DNA from: Chiloscyllium plagiosum
Lineage: Eukaryota
Direction of reading: 5' to 3'
NCBI RefSeq assembly: GCF_004010195.1
Contig: NC_057719.1
Span: forward strand, 85,442,923-85,492,627
DNA: 49,705 bases
The notes under the pieces were generated by a model. That model was not told the DNA's origin. It worked only from the letters and a program-made list of their open reading frames with translations, and did no database searches. Below, piece after piece: positions 47,541-49,705 of this stretch. Position 1 is the stretch's first letter. Each line of letters opens with the position of its first letter. A program made the translations under genes and the position numbers.

Positions 47541-48431
47541 ATTCTGACACTTCAGGGCTGTCTATTGACTGCTATTGCACACCATCCACATCTTCTCCCT
47601 TATCCACTGCCTGGACATGACTTGGCCATGGGCACTGCAGATCCTCAGTGCAGGACTCCCTACATGGCAGCCCTCCCCCTTTCTCCTGGGGATCTGGGGT
47701 TGAGGGTGCTGCACACATCGGTCACCTGCAACTGCAGATTGCGGTGGTTCACAGACTCCCAGCCCATCTGCATCTTCTGTGCTGCTGTGAAGTCTGTGGA
47801 TCATGGATATATTGGGTGTGGGCGTTTGTACTCCCTTTTTAGTTTCCTTAAAGACCTTTTTTTTGTGTTTTTGGTTGCGTTCAGTTCCACGTTCCTGATC
47901 TTTGAGCACCCGGTGCAGAGGGGCGCATCCAGTTCAGAGAACCTCCTTGTGGGTCTGCTCCTGGGTCTGGCCAGGCTGGCCATAAACAGGTCCAGGCAGC
48001 AGGCCGTGGAGGGGATCATTAGGGCTGATTGCCTGCCCCTCCTCCAAAGTTATGTTCGGGGTCAAGTGTCGCTGGAGAAGGAGCATGCAGTGTCTGCCAA
48101 CACCCTCCAGGTTTTCAGGGAGAGGTGGGCACCATAGGGTGTGGAGTGCTTTATTTCTCCCTCTGATCCCTGCCCTCCTGTTTGATCATCCAACATTGCC
48201 CCTTGTTGAGAAGGGCACTGTTTGTCTCTGGCCACTCGGGTCTGTCCTTTCTTCCTGGTGCTGGAATATAAATAAAGATTGACATTGTCCTACACGTACC
48301 CAGACACAACATAGGTGCTAAGGAACTAATAAGCACGACCGCTGTTAGGCCGAGGTGTGGGGGTTTAAAATAAAAAAAAAGGGAATTCAGAGTCTCCTCA
48401 CTTCAGAGAGAAAAAAAAACAAAAAATAAAA
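47541..48431 (+). mobile_element. Tx1/L1-clade LINE 3' fragment
   Basis: DLGLRVLH..CIFCAAVKSVDH..C and FRERW motifs in ORF 47460..48137; A-rich tail; TSD gtagtac(c/t)atggata at 47526-47540 and 48432-48446. Confidence 0.8.
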
Positions 48432-49447
48432 GTAGTACTATGGATAGTCCATTTTATTCAAAAAGAATCTTACCGTTCATTCACGATGAGCCGTTATGAT
48501 CAGCTATGTTCCTGTCAGCCGCGCTGCTATGTGCCGGGTTTACAACACTTGGGTGTCAAGACGCGACAGTGATCAGCAGCACAGACGCACGGTGGTAGCA
48601 GTGGGAACATCAGCCCCTTCTACTTACCTTCCCAACCACACACATATTTTGCCGCCTAAACTGTGGTGCCGCCTAAGCTGTGGTCCCACCCAGTAGCGCT
48701 GCAGGAGCTAATGAAGGCTGGGGGCGGGTAATAACACGCTGCTGCATGCACAACAGTGAAGAGAAAAACAGCTTATTGAGTCTGTGCCACAGCTTGGCCA
48801 AACGTCGAGCAGCTTGGAAAAGTTTAGCTCCATTTCAATGCTTGTTTGATTGTACTTAATGTTTTGGATTTGAAGTGTATTGGTTATTCAGTGCTGATTA
48901 ACCAATTGTGCAGATTAAGAAAAAATTAAGCAAGGTGGATTTTCTTGAGTTAGCCAAGTAAGACTTCAGTTTTATTGTGATGCAAACCACTAAGTTCAAA
49001 GCATTTTTAAAATTTTAAAAATGTTAAAATAAAGTCCAATATTTACTAACGCTCGTTACACGCTATGCAAACAGGAAAAATACAATTAAAGATCATTTGA
49101 TTAAGGTAGAAATTCACAGCTTGCAGTATGGAAAAATTTCAAAAACTTAGCAAATATGATGAAAGGAGACAGAGATAGAGAGAGGGCGTGAGAAAGAGAA
49201 ACAGACAGACAACCAGTGTGATTTGTGCTCTAATTCCCACTTCAGCATCCACAAAAATGCTGAATCACATTACCTGTCTCCGTGTCTGTTACATATCTAA
49301 CTTTGTTCATGTCTGCAGCTTATCTTTGGCCATTGCATTTTATGAACACAAAGTCTTAGGTCATTTACTTACTGTTGTTAACAGCACAGGAAAATGGGCC
49401 ATTTTGACATTTCTTGGTCATTGAAGCGTAGAAGGTTAAGGGGTGAC

Positions 49448-49705
49448 TGTTAGAAACGAAAATCGCTTCTCAATAATCGCTCTAGACAAATTCAGGAAAA
49501 CAAAGTTTTATTAGCAAGTCTGCAGAGTTGGGCACTCTTCTGAGAAAAGCGCGCCGAGGCTAACAATGTCTTCTGATTAAATACAGGACAGGTCCCTCCC
49601 CTCTGTGGCTCTAAAGAGTCACGAGGTTCACATTCTAAACCGTTCAGCAATTTTCCATTCTATATCCTTATCTTAAAGTCTACAGCAGATGTCTCCCGAG
49701 TTGTT
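49448..49705 (-). mobile_element. Probable LTR running off the window end
   Basis: Begins with TGT where a CR1 remnant (aggttaaggggtgac) stops; AATAAA on the - strand near 49508. The other end is not visible. Confidence 0.35.

Noticed and set aside
47460..48137. 225-aa ORF as a host gene
   Set aside because: It starts outside the insertion and runs into a Tx1-like ORF2 C-terminal remnant bounded by TSDs.

Overview
Eukaryotic genomic DNA, most likely from an elasmobranch (shark), inferred from HE1-type SINEs plus abundant CR1, Penelope and Tx1 repeats. The left half holds 10 phase-consistent coding exons of ZFYVE19/ANCHR on + (7484-22029; the short first coding exon was not found and is probably upstream), with one probable GC-AG intron. 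The right half is a roughly 10 kb tandem duplication (copy A about 24582-35312, copy B about 37099-44563) with a Penelope-like retroelement exactly at the junction. Inside it, on the - strand, lies a degraded multi-exon gene invisible in the ORF track; its reconstructed protein resembles a C14orf28/USP-type cysteine-protease-like domain. Many short Penelope-derived insertions carry minimal hammerhead ribozyme motifs, including two very young perfect palindromes with 14-bp target-site duplications (TSDs). A solo LTR, two Tx1-like LINE 3' ends with TSDs and a MITE are also present. Protein family calls are by eye and from memory, not from database searches.
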